Assembly: GCA_008632985.1 (NCBI GenBank)
Contig: QPGO01000007.1
Span: 62,001-126,000, forward strand
From: Psammoneis japonica
Taxonomy: Eukaryota
Direction: 5' to 3'
Length of the DNA stretch: 64,000 bases
Position numbers and translations under genes: made by a program. How positions within the stretch are numbered: position 1 is the first letter of the stretch; each line of letters starts with the position of its first letter. This document shows positions 46,401 to 58,099 of the stretch, in pieces. The notes under the pieces were generated by a model. It was not told where the DNA came from. It did not search any database and saw only the letters and a program-made list of their open reading frames with translations.

Positions 46401-47139
46401 ACATCGGAAATCCAGGCATGGCGTCCCTTTCCGCGGGCTTGAAACTCCTTGGCGACCCCGTTGGACTGATATTAGCAGCACATGAAGAGGGGAGTACCTT
46501 AAGCAGGGATGGGTGAGGAGAGTGTACAAAGTCTGTGCTCTCCTGGTCGCTGTCGGAAGTTGTGCTGCAGAAGGTCGAAGTGCTGGTCAAACTGCTGTTA
46601 TCGCTGAGTGCGCCTTCCGATGCCACCCCTGGAGACAAAAGTAGCTTCTTTTCCAGACGAAGTTGATTCGCTTTAGCTTGAAAGAATTGTTTGACGCCCA
46701 CAGCATCGCTATCTATCCCAAGCTTGTTGCTGGACTGGTCGGTGTGGAATTCTGATGCTGCGTCTGGCGTTAGCTCTCCAGTTGACGAAGTTGAAGACAA
46801 CTTGATCCTGTTCGAATCCGGGCTTCCATGTGGCTTGAACGTCTCCATGGACTCCCAGTTTCCGTCTTCAACGTCATCACTGAAATCAAAAGGATCGAAG
46901 GCATCTTGAAAAGAAGCCGTCGGTGTCTCCACATTCACTGCACGTGGCGACTCCTCGCTTTGACCGCTGGGTTCGTTGAATCGGTTCTTCTTGAGAACGT
47001 CTTGACCCCACGGAATCTTCGATGGACTCAAGCCTTTCGGAGGTACCCACTTTTTGGCTTTCTTCGGGCTCGGATGGGTGCTGGTTACCACCGGCGTACA
47101 CGATTCGGCATTGTACAAGCGCATTATCAGAGGGCCCAA
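43462..47139 (-). CDS. Formin (FH2-domain) protein, at least 4 exons; start uncertain
   Basis: RLHW, VIDPKRANNGGIILA, LLPT.EE, E.FM, ILDVGN.LN...LDSL..L...K....KTTFLQY; GT-AG introns. Confidence 0.85.
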
Positions 47140-47651
47140 AGCGGATCGTTGGCGACTGATCTGGATCGAGAGTGGGAGCAGATTTCAACAATAATCTCAC
47201 AATGAGAAAATTATGAGGTCATTCTTTGTCTTCGTTTTCGCTCTAGATTCCTGGCTTGTGCAGTAGATACCATATCCGCCTCGCTACGTGGAAACATGAT
47301 TAATCCATTCTTTCGGTAGGCGGGGTAATATTTTATTTGGTTCTGAATCCCGTGTTGCGCGAAAACTGTTTACGCTCCGAAATATTTTTTTGACGGAAAC
47401 CAACCGGACACGCACTTTGGTATCACTCTGAAAGGGTTAGCCTCCACGGCTCGAGATTAAGACACATACCAACTGGTGAAAGATATTACCTTATGTACTC
47501 ATTGTCGAGGTCACCTGGCAGGCAAAACACGCGGCATGCATTGCACCATCCACGGTGAAGCGCAAAATTTGAATTTTCGTCAACACATTTTCTTTGAATC
47601 AACCAACACGCTGAAATTTTATATCGTATGAAAAATACATCACAAGCATCT

Positions 47652-48107
47652 CTATCGTAGGCTATCACTTTTTTCGGCCTCTTCGGATAACTTCTTCACG
47701 TTTTCGAGCCCTCCCTCGGTTCCCTCCACGATAGCCTTCTTGTTCAAAAAGCTAGCGAGTGCACCTCCGAGCCCCCTCATTCCAAATGTATAAGTGACAT
47801 TTGTTTTCCCTTTTTCCTCTTCGGAAGGTTGGAGTTCAAACGTGCCCTTGTACCCGACAAAACCACCGTAGATCCCTCCACTAAAAGTGAACTTCTCGGG
47901 TTCAGTCACCTCGGAAATCGTCGTCTTTATCTTAAGTGCGTTATCCTTCATTACAAAGACAAGGGACGATCCATCTTCCATACCGCCCTGCACATCTTCA
48001 ATCGCTGCCACGTCTGGGTCCCACTTTTCCCACTCCATGCTTGAGAAGTTCGTCTTCCAAATCGTTTCGGGGCTGGCCGCCACGAGAGCCTTGCGAACAA
48101 CAATCAT
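47652..48107 (-). CDS. SRPBCC / polyketide cyclase-dehydrase family protein
   Basis: ASPETIW......W.KWDP, beta-rich core and C-terminal helix GLENVKKLSE. Confidence 0.75.
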   Translation of the reverse strand: MIVVRKALVAASPETIWKTNFSSMEWEKWDPDVAAIEDVQGGMEDGSSLVFVMKDNALKIKTTISEVTEPEKFTFSGGIYGGFVGYKGTFELQPSEEEKGKTNVTYTFGMRGLGGALASFLNKKAIVEGTEGGLENVKKLSEEAEKSDSLR

Positions 48108-48596
48108 CTTTCTCGATAAAGCCTATGGCAGTATGATAGAGAATTTGAATCCTTCCTTTTCTTGTCTGTCTTCAAAGCGGTTCAGCGAAAAGCCATCCAC
48201 TACCGGTATCGTTGTTGTTCACATACACGGCCACCGTCTTTTTGCCTCTCGTTCTCAAGCTTTTCTCGGTTCTTCGCATCAGATTTCGCAGGCTCTCTCT
48301 CGGTAGTTCGCGCGCGCGCGCACTCCCAACTGGGAGGTCTGTAAGTGGTACGGTAGTTCGGCATCATCAGGCAGTTATCGCGCGCGCGCTCTGCGGCTGC
48401 TAGTAGAGGTCCGTCGGTCGTCAGTCGCTTCGTCTGCATCTCTCTCTCTACTAGTTCCTACGGTACGGTACTCTTTCAAGCTACTACTACCGGTAGCTAG
48501 CTAGAGTAGAGTAGACCTACTCTAGAGAGTAGAGAGTAGAGAGCTCTACCGGTACTCTAGTAGAGAGAGGCTACTAAGAGAAGCAGCGCTAGGAAG

Positions 48597-51077
48597 TTAG
48601 TTCTCTTCTCGACCATGGTGAATCCATAGTTCTGTCTCCATGTGAACAGGATCTACCACCAGCACTTGCATTGCTAAGAACTCGTCACCATCAGCGGTCG
48701 TAGATCTACTTTCACTTGATGAGATCTGAACAAGCTTCATAACCTGAACTGGGACCACGGTGCATGCCGGAACTCTTCTTTTTGTACGAAGGTTACCCCA
48801 CCGAGAAGACAGTACCGAATAAAGTGCACATCGTAATGTGGTCCCATCGTCCTGAGCCTTAACGTGGTGGGCATCTCCATTTGCCTTCAAAGACGACGAT
48901 ACGTAAAACAAACGAATGTGCAGGACGTGTTTCACGGCCAAACCCGACGACGAGGTCAAAACGAACTTTTCAAATACATCAAGCATTTGGTGCAAAATGT
49001 CTTCCGGATCGATCCATACCCTGTCACTGAGTGCCTCAGAAGTGTCGGGGTTAAGTGATTTTGCTGTAACGACCGACATTGCTGCACATCCGTATCCAAT
49101 TGAACGAGAAGCAACGTTGATTTCTATCTCATCACACGAAGATGATTTCGGTAGGCTAAAGTCGTAACCCGTGTCCCACTCTTCATGGTATTCCTCTTGT
49201 ACTGGTTCAGGTTTTGTCACGTTATAGGTGGTTTGCATGTCAAGACACGACGCAGCTTTTTGCGTGGCGCAGATAACCTCCAATTCAACCAAGGCGCCAA
49301 CAGGCATTTCTGGGATGCATACAAATAGAAGTGGCACTGAACTCTCACACGTCTCGAAATGTCCCGTTACTTCTCGCCAAGTTTCTTCATCCTCATAACC
49401 GCCAAAGTCCTCAGCTGAAGTCCCAGTTGAATCGATGAGTCCAGGACTCACACCCCCATTCTGTGCAAACTGCTTTTGAGAAATGGATTCGACTGTGTCC
49501 CATGCATTGCCCTGTGCGTATGCAGAGTCGCTAACATAAACTAGACCAGAAACCATATTTTTCAGCGACCCAGAGTCCGTGGCATCCAACACACTCGCGA
49601 CGTTTGTCCAGCATTGTTCAAGTTGCCGTGTCCACGGCGTGTGAAGCTTCATGGTGGAGGGAATCAATCCAATTTGGCCAGCGAGAAAACATAGACCCGA
49701 CCGCAGAGTATTGGCTTGACTGTAGGGACCGACACAAACGGGCGCCCAGTAAGATATTGACTGCACATGAAGAACCTCCCGAAGGCTTGACGTCGTGGTG
49801 CTTCTCGCAACATTGGCGTACGCATCCTCATCCCTTACAGACGACTGTCTCATGTAACTCCCACTGCCACACTGTACCATACAATCCATCAGGACACGTC
49901 GCCCTCCTGGCAGTACGCGCTTACCCACAGCCACACAAGAACGAGATGGAGGTAGAAGCGTCCCAAAGAATTTGCTGTAGTGGGCATTGATGTTGGTAAA
50001 GTGTGATATTTCAGACAAATACAGGTGAACAAATACAACATCCTGCGCTGTTGCTCCTTGCTGCGCCAAAGCAGTTTCCAGAGTATCAAAAACCGCTAGC
50101 GCTTCTTCCACAGCCAAGTCAGCCTCCGATGCTCCACTGTGTGCAGCGGCTGCAATTGGACACATAATCTCAGAAAGATGAAACAGACCACCACTAGACC
50201 GTTGAACACGAGGAAGCGAAGCATGTATTCGTTGGCTAGAGTTCATAAGAAGTGCCGCGGCCGGTTGCGCTTCGTCCGTTTCGTGTTCAAGTGCCTCATT
50301 CTGTATCCTCAATATCTCTTCTACTGTTTCCTTTTCTTCCGCATGGCAACTCTTTATTATCAGTACCCCCACTCCATCTTCAGTCTCGACAATCTCGACA
50401 TCGTCCAGGACGAGCCGCTTTCTGTACAAGGGACAGTCCAATACGATTGTTTCAAACTCTCCTCCTTCTCCACACATGTGAAACTGATACTTTTCATGTA
50501 GCTTCTGAAACAAACCAGAATAGTACAATTGTCCCAGAGTCTTGTTGAGGTGTCTTGAAGGCATTAGTCCCGGTGGACACGCGGTCTTTACCAATACAGC
50601 CTCGATTTCATCCTCCAGCATGCGTGCCAGCAATTCCTGTTGAGTAGCCATTCTCCATAGATAGGAAAGGGATGTCAATCCCAATCGACTGCATACATTT
50701 TCAATACGCACACGTTGATAAGTCGAGAGAATCGCCCCAGAGCAAACGGCCGTCACTTGCGGGAACTGATGAACAGCCGACTCTACAGCTTTGTAAAGAT
50801 CCTCCACCTCATCGGCTTGAGAAGTTTCTTCATAAACCAGAGACGTATTGACACTTTTCCCTACACGACGATACAGGATGAGCGGAACTCCCAAACACTC
50901 TTCCACCAAGACTGGAAGGACCTCCGACGCTGCGGTTTGATACATGTAGGATTCTTCCTCCTCGCATTCCGGAGCTCCCAAGTGAACGCAGGCAACGAGT
51001 TCGTGCCCATTTCTTTGGCACTCCAAGATGGAATAAATTGAATCCTTTCCGCCCGAAACGAGAGCAACGAATTTCAT
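48597..51077 (-). CDS. DPH6: Diphthine--ammonia ligase with C-terminal RidA/YjgF domains
   Basis: MKFVALVSGGKDS, GAILS.YQR.R.E.VC.RLGL, CGEGGEFET.VLDCP, LHVQSISYWAP...GPYSQA. Confidence 0.95.
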   Translation of the reverse strand: MKFVALVSGGKDSIYSILECQRNGHELVACVHLGAPECEEEESYMYQTAASEVLPVLVEECLGVPLILYRRVGKSVNTSLVYEETSQADEVEDLYKAVESAVHQFPQVTAVCSGAILSTYQRVRIENVCSRLGLTSLSYLWRMATQQELLARMLEDEIEAVLVKTACPPGLMPSRHLNKTLGQLYYSGLFQKLHEKYQFHMCGEGGEFETIVLDCPLYRKRLVLDDVEIVETEDGVGVLIIKSCHAEEKETVEEILRIQNEALEHETDEAQPAAALLMNSSQRIHASLPRVQRSSGGLFHLSEIMCPIAAAAHSGASEADLAVEEALAVFDTLETALAQQGATAQDVVFVHLYLSEISHFTNINAHYSKFFGTLLPPSRSCVAVGKRVLPGGRRVLMDCMVQCGSGSYMRQSSVRDEDAYANVARSTTTSSLREVLHVQSISYWAPVCVGPYSQANTLRSGLCFLAGQIGLIPSTMKLHTPWTRQLEQCWTNVASVLDATDSGSLKNMVSGLVYVSDSAYAQGNAWDTVESISQKQFAQNGGVSPGLIDSTGTSAEDFGGYEDEETWREVTGHFETCESSVPLLFVCIPEMPVGALVELEVICATQKAASCLDMQTTYNVTKPEPVQEEYHEEWDTGYDFSLPKSSSCDEIEINVASRSIGYGCAAMSVVTAKSLNPDTSEALSDRVWIDPEDILHQMLDVFEKFVLTSSSGLAVKHVLHIRLFYVSSSLKANGDAHHVKAQDDGTTLRCALYSVLSSRWGNLRTKRRVPACTVVPVQVMKLVQISSSESRSTTADGDEFLAMQVLVVDPVHMETELWIHHGREEN

Positions 51078-51788
51078 GACGTTATTTTTTAGATCCTTTG
51101 TTGGAAACAATCAATACAGTATTATCAATGTCCTTGCTACAGTACAGTAATGACAGCGAGTTGCAAGTTGCCGGATTTTGCATCATGTATCGCTCCGCTC
51201 ATTATTCACCGCACCGAACGCACGTCTGGCTCTATCACCATCACCAGCCCGATCGATTGGAGCACGGGCCCGGTGCGGTAGGTGACACCGAAGTGAAAGA
51301 GGTAGGACAACCTGTACCGGTACAAACAAAGACGCAAGTTCCAGTTCTTCGATTCATTCTATATTATGGTAGTCTAGTAGATAGTCGTAACAGAATGCCA
51401 GTACTAACTATGGCTAGCTCTAGAGCTAAAGCTCTACTCGAGCTAGAGTAGAAGCTGCTAGCTCTCTACTCCCTAGCTAGAGAGAGAGCTACGATACGAG
51501 TAGAGCCCCGGAACTTGCCGCACTCCAAGCGCATGTGAAGTCACGAAGCTGAAGATGAACTTCCAGCCAATCAATACGATTGAAATTCTTCAAAAAAATG
51601 TTTCTAATATGTTAAATCCAACACTTTCATGCAACATGGATCTTCGACAGTGTATACCGCATTTCAACATTGACAACAAACGAGAACGTCTCGCTACTCA
51701 AACCGCCAAACTCGTTAAATGAAGCACTTTCATAATACATCGAGCTTCGACAAGAAACGCATCATTTTTACTCAAACCATAATACTTT

Positions 51789-53317
51789 TCAACGATTGTA
51801 GTGTCTGACGGTACCCTTGGCGGTACTAGCACTCGTTGCAGTCGGAGCCTTTGTGCTACTGGCACCCTTGGCGGTACTAGCACTCGTTGCAGTTGGAGCC
51901 TTGGTGCTGCTGGCACTCGTGGCAGTTGGAGCCTTGGTGCTACTGGCACCCTTGGCGGTACTGGCACTCGTTGCAGTTGGAGCCTTGGTGCTACTGGCAC
52001 TCGTGGCAGTTGGAGCCTTGGTGCTACTGGCACCCTTGGCGGTACTAGCACTCGTTGCAGTTGGAGCCTTGGTGCTACTGGCACTCGTGGCAGTTGGAGC
52101 CTTGGTGCTACTGGCACCCTTGGCGGTACTAGCACTCGTTGCAGTTGGAGCCTTGGTGCTACTGGCACTCGCGGCGGTTGGAGCCTTGGTGCTACTGGCA
52201 CCCTTGGCGGTACTAGCACTCGTTGCAGTTGGAGCCTTGGTGCTACTAGCACTCGTGGCGGTTGGAGCCTTGGTGCTACTGGCACCCTTGGCGGTACTAG
52301 CACTCGTTGCAGTTGGAGCCTTGGTGCTGCTGGCACTCGTGGCGGTTGGGGCCTTGGTACTACTGGCACCCTTGGCGGTACTAGCACTCGTTGCAGTTGG
52401 AGCCTTGGTGCTGCTGGCACTGGTACCCTTGGCCATTGGGGGCAAGACGGTAGTCTTTTTGATAGTGTCGTAAGCGTAGGCACCCTTGGCGGTACTGGCA
52501 CTCGTGGCAGTTGGAGCCTTGGTGCTACTGGCACCCTTGGCGGTACTAGCACTCGTTGCAGTTGGAGCCTTTGTGCTGCTGGCACCCTTGGCGGTACTAG
52601 CACTCGTTGCAGTGGGAGCCTTGGTGCTGCTGGCACTCGTTGCTGTTGGAGCCTTTGTGCTACTGGCACCCTTGGCGGTACTAGCACTCGTTGCAGTTGG
52701 AGCCTTGGTGCTGCTCGCACTCGTTGCGGTTGGAGCCTTGGTGCTACTGGCACCCTTGGCGGTACTGGCACTCGTTGCAGTTGGAGCCTTGGTGCTACTG
52801 GCACTCGTGGCAGTTGGAGCCTTGGTGCTACTGGCACCCTTGGCGGTACTAGCACTCGTTGCAGTTGGAGCCTTGGTGCTACTGGCACTCGTGGTCGTTG
52901 GAGCCCTTGTAAGTCTCGACTTGCTGCTTGACTTACCTTCGGACTAAGGAGAAGAAAAACAAGACGAAAAAGAAGGATGTGTCAGTCGCAACTGAGGAAG
53001 AAGACAAATTCGCATCACAGTGCCCGAGAGAGAAGAAAAAATTTACACCGAGCCAGAAATATCTACTAACAAGGAGAAGAATACAACAGAAGCGCTGCAA
53101 TGCCTCGTTCAATGAAAAGGGAAATCAATAAAAGGATTTGCAAAATGAACCCGACAGAAACGAAACCAAGAGAATGAAGCAACGACACCACGCCCAAGAA
53201 CGACAACGGTTCTGACCATAGATCAATACAACAATCACAATCACTCACGTAAGCATTTGTCACGGAGACAGGAGCCAGAAGGGCAAGGGCAGCGATAGTT
53301 ACGACGGAGAACTTCAT
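51789..53317 (-). CDS. Secreted Ser/Thr/Ala/Lys/Pro-rich tandem-repeat (mucin- or cell-wall-like) protein; exons 53317-53249 and 52943-51789
   Basis: Signal peptide MKFSVVTIAALALLAPVSVTNA. The GTGAGT...TTAG intron joins in frame to ASSTKAPTATS/ASTAKG repeats. Confidence 0.8.
51815..52910. repeat. Coding minisatellite of 33-nt and 18-nt modules forming 51- and 84-nt higher-order units
   Basis: Recurrent GTTGGAGCCTTGGTGCTACTGGCAC and CCTTGGCGGTACTAGCAC. Confidence 0.95.
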
Positions 53318-54964
53318 CTTTTCTCTTTCGATTTCAGCTTCGACGCAAAATGGAAATTGTGAGAAGAATGAATTGTGTCGACGAAATCGGAAAGTCCGAT
53401 TGGTGAGTTGGTTCAAATTCAAAAAAGCGTTTTTGAGTCGTATTATTAAAATATGCATATCAGTATTCATTCAATTGTTGTCACACTGCTTCTCATATGA
53501 AATTCATTCTTGAATAATAATAAAATATAAGAGTAATTCTCCTGCACTTATACTATAGATTAAGCTGTAAAAATCAGTATATATTTATTACTTTCTATAT
53601 TATCGATTTACAGTTGAGTCGTTTTGCCATAAACAAATTTTGTGGCGTTTCTTGTATGTCGGCAGTTGAGCGGGAAAATTTGTGACAGCAAAGAAACCGG
53701 TCTTGTACTGTAATCGGTGGCTCCCCATTAAATAAATCTATCCATGGGCCACATCAGGTTCTATCCTAGAGCCTAGGTACATAAACTTGCCTCTAGAGTA
53801 GCTAGAGAAAGGGCCTACCCTATCTACGACGTACGGTACAACCTGCAAAAAGAGCGCACTACTAGCTAAACTACGTACGTCAATGGCTCGGGTGGCGAGT
53901 GAGCCAGAACGCGCCTCTGACAGCAAACACGCATCACATAGGGCCCTACTGGGTTGGCGGCACCTTACACCGGCGTATCTGTTGATGGAGGATGAGAGCA
54001 TGTTCTCCTTGTCATTTGGATTTCAGATTCGGTGGGTGCAGGCCTTCTGACCAATGGAAAATTGCAATCACGGTGACGTGAACGTTTACTGAAGGTGGTC
54101 TGGACGGAGCAGTCATCCAGATGCTTGAGCAAAGGTTCCAAGCTGCCTCAATCAGTTATCGATTTAGCTGGAGGGGACCAAGTTTCCAGTTTGCTGTTTT
54201 GACCGACGCCGGGAACATTTGTGCTTTTGCCGCCGTCTGCCGGCCAAATACCGGGCAGAGAGACGCGGAATGCCGATGTCTCTGGAATCAAACCGATTTC
54301 TTAGCAATGCCGCTGGACTTCCAAATAGAATAGCTACTGCACGTTTGCTCTTGGCAGTCAGGAAAGTTACATTGTACCGGAGAGACCCCGAATAGGCGCA
54401 GAAGCATCGGGCGTATACCAGCAAGAAGGCGGCTGCTTTCATACCCTGGCAGAACTTCACAAGGAACAGCCTTTTCTCTCGGTGTGGTGATGATGTACAA
54501 AAGGATGGGTTGTACGCACGTAGTCGTAGAGAGAAATGACAGGTTCGATTTGGAACAAAAAAATGATGTTGGGATGGCACGGGTGCTCCTTGAGTGACGC
54601 CAAGTAACCCGCATGAAGAAGAAAATGGCTCGATGGCTCGATTCTATCGCCAAAGCAGGTTTCAATTCCAAGCCGCACACGCTGGAAAGGCCTTCAAAGT
54701 TTAAGCTGGGTACGCCCATCCTGCAGTACTTGTGTTGGTAAACTTCTCGTTTTTCGCCAGAACGATAGTGGTCGGATGAACCTATGATTTTGGCGTTTTG
54801 TACCGTACAGCACAAGGCCAAGATCCAGTGGCGCAAGACCTGTAGTAGCAAGGGCCTAAACCTTTTTCAGGAAGACTCTTACTGCGTGCCTGTGTTCGTT
54901 CCAACCCTGCGTCTACTCTGCACCTGGACCTTATTCAACAATTCTATTCCCCGTACTCGTTCGT

Positions 54965-56332
54965 TCAGGCTTCGTTTTCCACGTTCTGGTCATCTTGGAG
55001 AGATACCTCCAAACTCGAAAAGGCGCACAACGTCCTCTTGTCTCCAACATTTAATTCCAACAGACATTCTCCCATATCCAGCTCCATCCAATGCGTCTCG
55101 GTATGCCCATTCACGACGCGCATCACCTTGGTAAATCTACTGTTTGGATCCTTTGCCTCTTGTTCCTCTCTAAGCGGACCGAGACGCTCCTTTTGGGCTC
55201 TGCGAAAGGCTCGCTTACGCTTCTTGTCAGCCTTTTCCGACAATTCGTCGTCCGCAGTAGGACTCGATTTGGTATCGCTCTTTACGAGACAGTAATGATG
55301 GTGTCCCACATCCTTGAGTGCTCCCACAATTGTATTCTTGGGCGCATCCTTCTCGTCTTCTTGATGCAACAATGTCTTTTCAATCTCTTCAAGCCTCTCT
55401 TCTGAGAAGGCCGCTTCTACATCCTTTTCCCATTCCCATTCTTGGTGCTCGCTTTGCAACGCCGCCTCCCCTGGAATCTCTTCTCGTGTTGTGGCTCTTG
55501 TATCCTCTACTCGTGGTCTCTTGTTTGCGGCAATCGGACGTTCTTCTTGCGTTCTATCCTTGGTTTTCTTGCGTTCCAGGTATCGTTTCAGCGCGGTTGG
55601 CATGGTCGTGACAGTCTCGTCCTCTTGACCGGGAATGACAACTTGGTATTCGACAGGACGCCGTGCTTCACGGGGACGGCCCTTGAGTGTTTCGGAATGC
55701 AATCGCTTGTGATTGAGAATTGCTTGGTCCTGAATGAGCTTATACTCATAGGGCCACAGTGTTTCGCCTCTGCTTGCCATGAAATCAAGCGTATCAATGT
55801 TGTCTTGCACGTTGTCGCCACTGTTTCCTAAACGCTGCAATTTCGTAAGTGCAAGTGACGCTTTTGGTATTCTATCTTCCATTGCTTGGTTTTCGGGTTG
55901 CTCTGCCTGTGCTGCTGCTGCAGCGCTGTCTTGTACATTTGCATCTGCGTTCCAGAATTGTCCGGCAGCCACCACGTCGTCTACCCACTGCGCAACTTGT
56001 GCTTGTCCCCGTTCTTTGAGTTTGCGACTCCACGTTCTTCCAACCACTTTACAAGCACGATTGCATGCAGCCAAGTCGTCGTGTGTTACATCCAGCGTCA
56101 ATGTCGTGTCGCTGTCGTTATTGTCGTTTGATGATGGCTGCTGTCGTGCAATCCAGCGTCGCTTCCACGTCTGCAGACACACCTCCACCAAGACACTCTT
56201 TATCCACCTAGTCACCATACACTGTGCTGCCTTGTTGGCTTGTTGCAACCATTGTGGTGTGGCTTGTAGAGCATTGTGCTGAACCATTATCGGTGGGGCG
56301 GCTGCCGAAGAGGAGTCGTCGTCAGTCGTCAT
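54965..56332 (-). CDS. Hypothetical protein (charged, possibly nuclear)
   Basis: 455-aa ATG-initiated ORF with protein-like composition; no family recognised. Confidence 0.7.
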   Translation of the reverse strand: MTTDDDSSSAAAPPIMVQHNALQATPQWLQQANKAAQCMVTRWIKSVLVEVCLQTWKRRWIARQQPSSNDNNDSDTTLTLDVTHDDLAACNRACKVVGRTWSRKLKERGQAQVAQWVDDVVAAGQFWNADANVQDSAAAAAQAEQPENQAMEDRIPKASLALTKLQRLGNSGDNVQDNIDTLDFMASRGETLWPYEYKLIQDQAILNHKRLHSETLKGRPREARRPVEYQVVIPGQEDETVTTMPTALKRYLERKKTKDRTQEERPIAANKRPRVEDTRATTREEIPGEAALQSEHQEWEWEKDVEAAFSEERLEEIEKTLLHQEDEKDAPKNTIVGALKDVGHHHYCLVKSDTKSSPTADDELSEKADKKRKRAFRRAQKERLGPLREEQEAKDPNSRFTKVMRVVNGHTETHWMELDMGECLLELNVGDKRTLCAFSSLEVSLQDDQNVENEA

Positions 56333-56629
56333 GGTCAGTCATCATGTTTCACGTTTTGTGGGTTGTGCTTTTTCTCCCCTATTTGTGTCGCTCGGCTCGA
56401 GGTCGCGAGGTCTGCAAGATCCAAACAAAATCTTCTGAATCTTTTGATTGATCCACGATCCACGCGAGAGACAAATCTTTCATTCCTTTCCGAATGCAAA
56501 AATCACCGATCGCAAGATGCGAACACTTTCGTTTCGTCGTTAACATCTTTGAAATGCTTTGGGGTGTATGAAAACAGCCACACACTTATTGATCAGGCGT
56601 CATCTTATCAGCTACAATCTTGGTAGAAC

Positions 56630-57130
56630 ATGTGGAGCTTCAATCCGGTCGTCTACATTCAGCATGCTTGGAACGGGACCAAAACCAAATGGGGCAAAGC
56701 GAGTCTCATTCTATTCTACACATTCATTTGGTTGAGCATTCTCTCAAGCATATGGTCTTTGTTTGATCCAGAGTCTCAGGGATCGGGCTGCATCTTTGCG
56801 GATGCAGAGTCTAATGAGAAAGAGTCTCTACGACTTCTATTCAGAAGCGCCAGTCTCTTTGTCATTGGATTCCTTCTCTATGCAGACAAAGGGGGTTTGC
56901 ATTCCTGGAACGTTGCCATGGTCACCTTCTTCTTTCTGTCGTTCTTTTGGTTGTGGAGCAGTTATGCAGCCTCTTCTTCCACCACCGCTGCTTGTGGAGC
57001 CGTTTGGAGTAATGCGTCAATGTGCATCATGATTGCGTGGCTCGTGGGTGCTTTGGTGACGATTCTTTTGGAGGAAAAGCTTGGTGGTGAAAACGGAACA
57101 GAAGAAGAGCGTCAGAGTCTCAACGTCTAG
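56630..57130 (+). CDS. Hypothetical 4-TM membrane protein
   Basis: 166-aa ORF with four hydrophobic segments. Confidence 0.7.
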   Translation: MWSFNPVVYIQHAWNGTKTKWGKASLILFYTFIWLSILSSIWSLFDPESQGSGCIFADAESNEKESLRLLFRSASLFVIGFLLYADKGGLHSWNVAMVTFFFLSFFWLWSSYAASSSTTAACGAVWSNASMCIMIAWLVGALVTILLEEKLGGENGTEEERQSLNV

Positions 57131-58099
57131 TTATGGTAGGTGAACTTCGAAAGCAGAAACGATGCTATTAGAGTCAACGAGTCGTTAAGTAAACGCTTTG
57201 ACTATGGATCGCTCTGACACTGATCCACTGCTGTACTGCAGTCCACTCTCAAGATACCCAGCAACATGCGTTCTACCTAGTTGCTATTTACTCTAAGAAC
57301 GTCAGCATTTGAAGCATTTGAACTAGAAACGAAGGAAAAAATGCTGTGATGAACGCACATGAGCAAAATTATCACGCTGGTTGAGAAGTTCAGTGCTCAA
57401 TCTTTTTGCTCGAGGAAACTAGACAGACTGACCCAGTGGACGACACCTCAACATTCCACATCCATTTCAAAGCATTTTTCCAGAGCCTTTAGTATGTACG
57501 GGTTTCGATGCGTCGCAATGGAGCGGATTATACATACCTTAGCATATAAATTACAACTTGCCGGATTGGGCTAAGCATTTGCTTAGGGCACGCTTACATT
57601 TAACAACTTTTCCATCGTTGGATGCAGAGCTACTAGCTTGAAGCTCTCTAGTAGAGAGGGCCTACTGTGCTCTAGCTAGAGAGGTAGGGCTAGTAGGGGA
57701 GAAGCAGATCTTCTCGCAATTTGTATCTTTAGAGTCTCTTTTGTTTTCATTACGTATCTTCTAGCCTCTGTGCTATTTGCAACCTCAAAAGAAAGAGGAT
57801 CCTCACTTCGTTCTCTAAACGGATATCGTTTTCTGACTGATACTTTCGGATGAATTCAACGGACTTATTGGCTTTTTCCGTGCTTCAGAAGTAGGTAGCA
57901 AAGCGGTGCTGCCTCCCTCTTCCAATAGCTCTTTCTTTTTTTTGCTATTTTGTGGTGGCATGGCTTCTGAGCTACAATATAAGAAGTGTATAATGTGGTG
58001 TGCCTGTACTAGACAGTCGCACTATAAAAAACAAGGGCTGGCCTCATTATCCTACGGTTGCAGTCACGCCCCCGGCCGTGACATTGTTGTGTAACAGCG

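Noticed and set aside
48597..51077. DPH6-RidA fusion as novel, or as the deaminase behind the mutations
   Set aside because: This is the standard architecture of DPH6 in fungi and plants, and RidA domains act on small-molecule imines, not DNA. I identified no candidate mutator gene in this window.
51801..52947. CRISPR-like array, or coding ORFs in the other frames of the repeat
   Set aside because: There are no unique spacers and the context is eukaryotic. Only the minus-strand S/T/A/K frame links to a signal-peptide exon.
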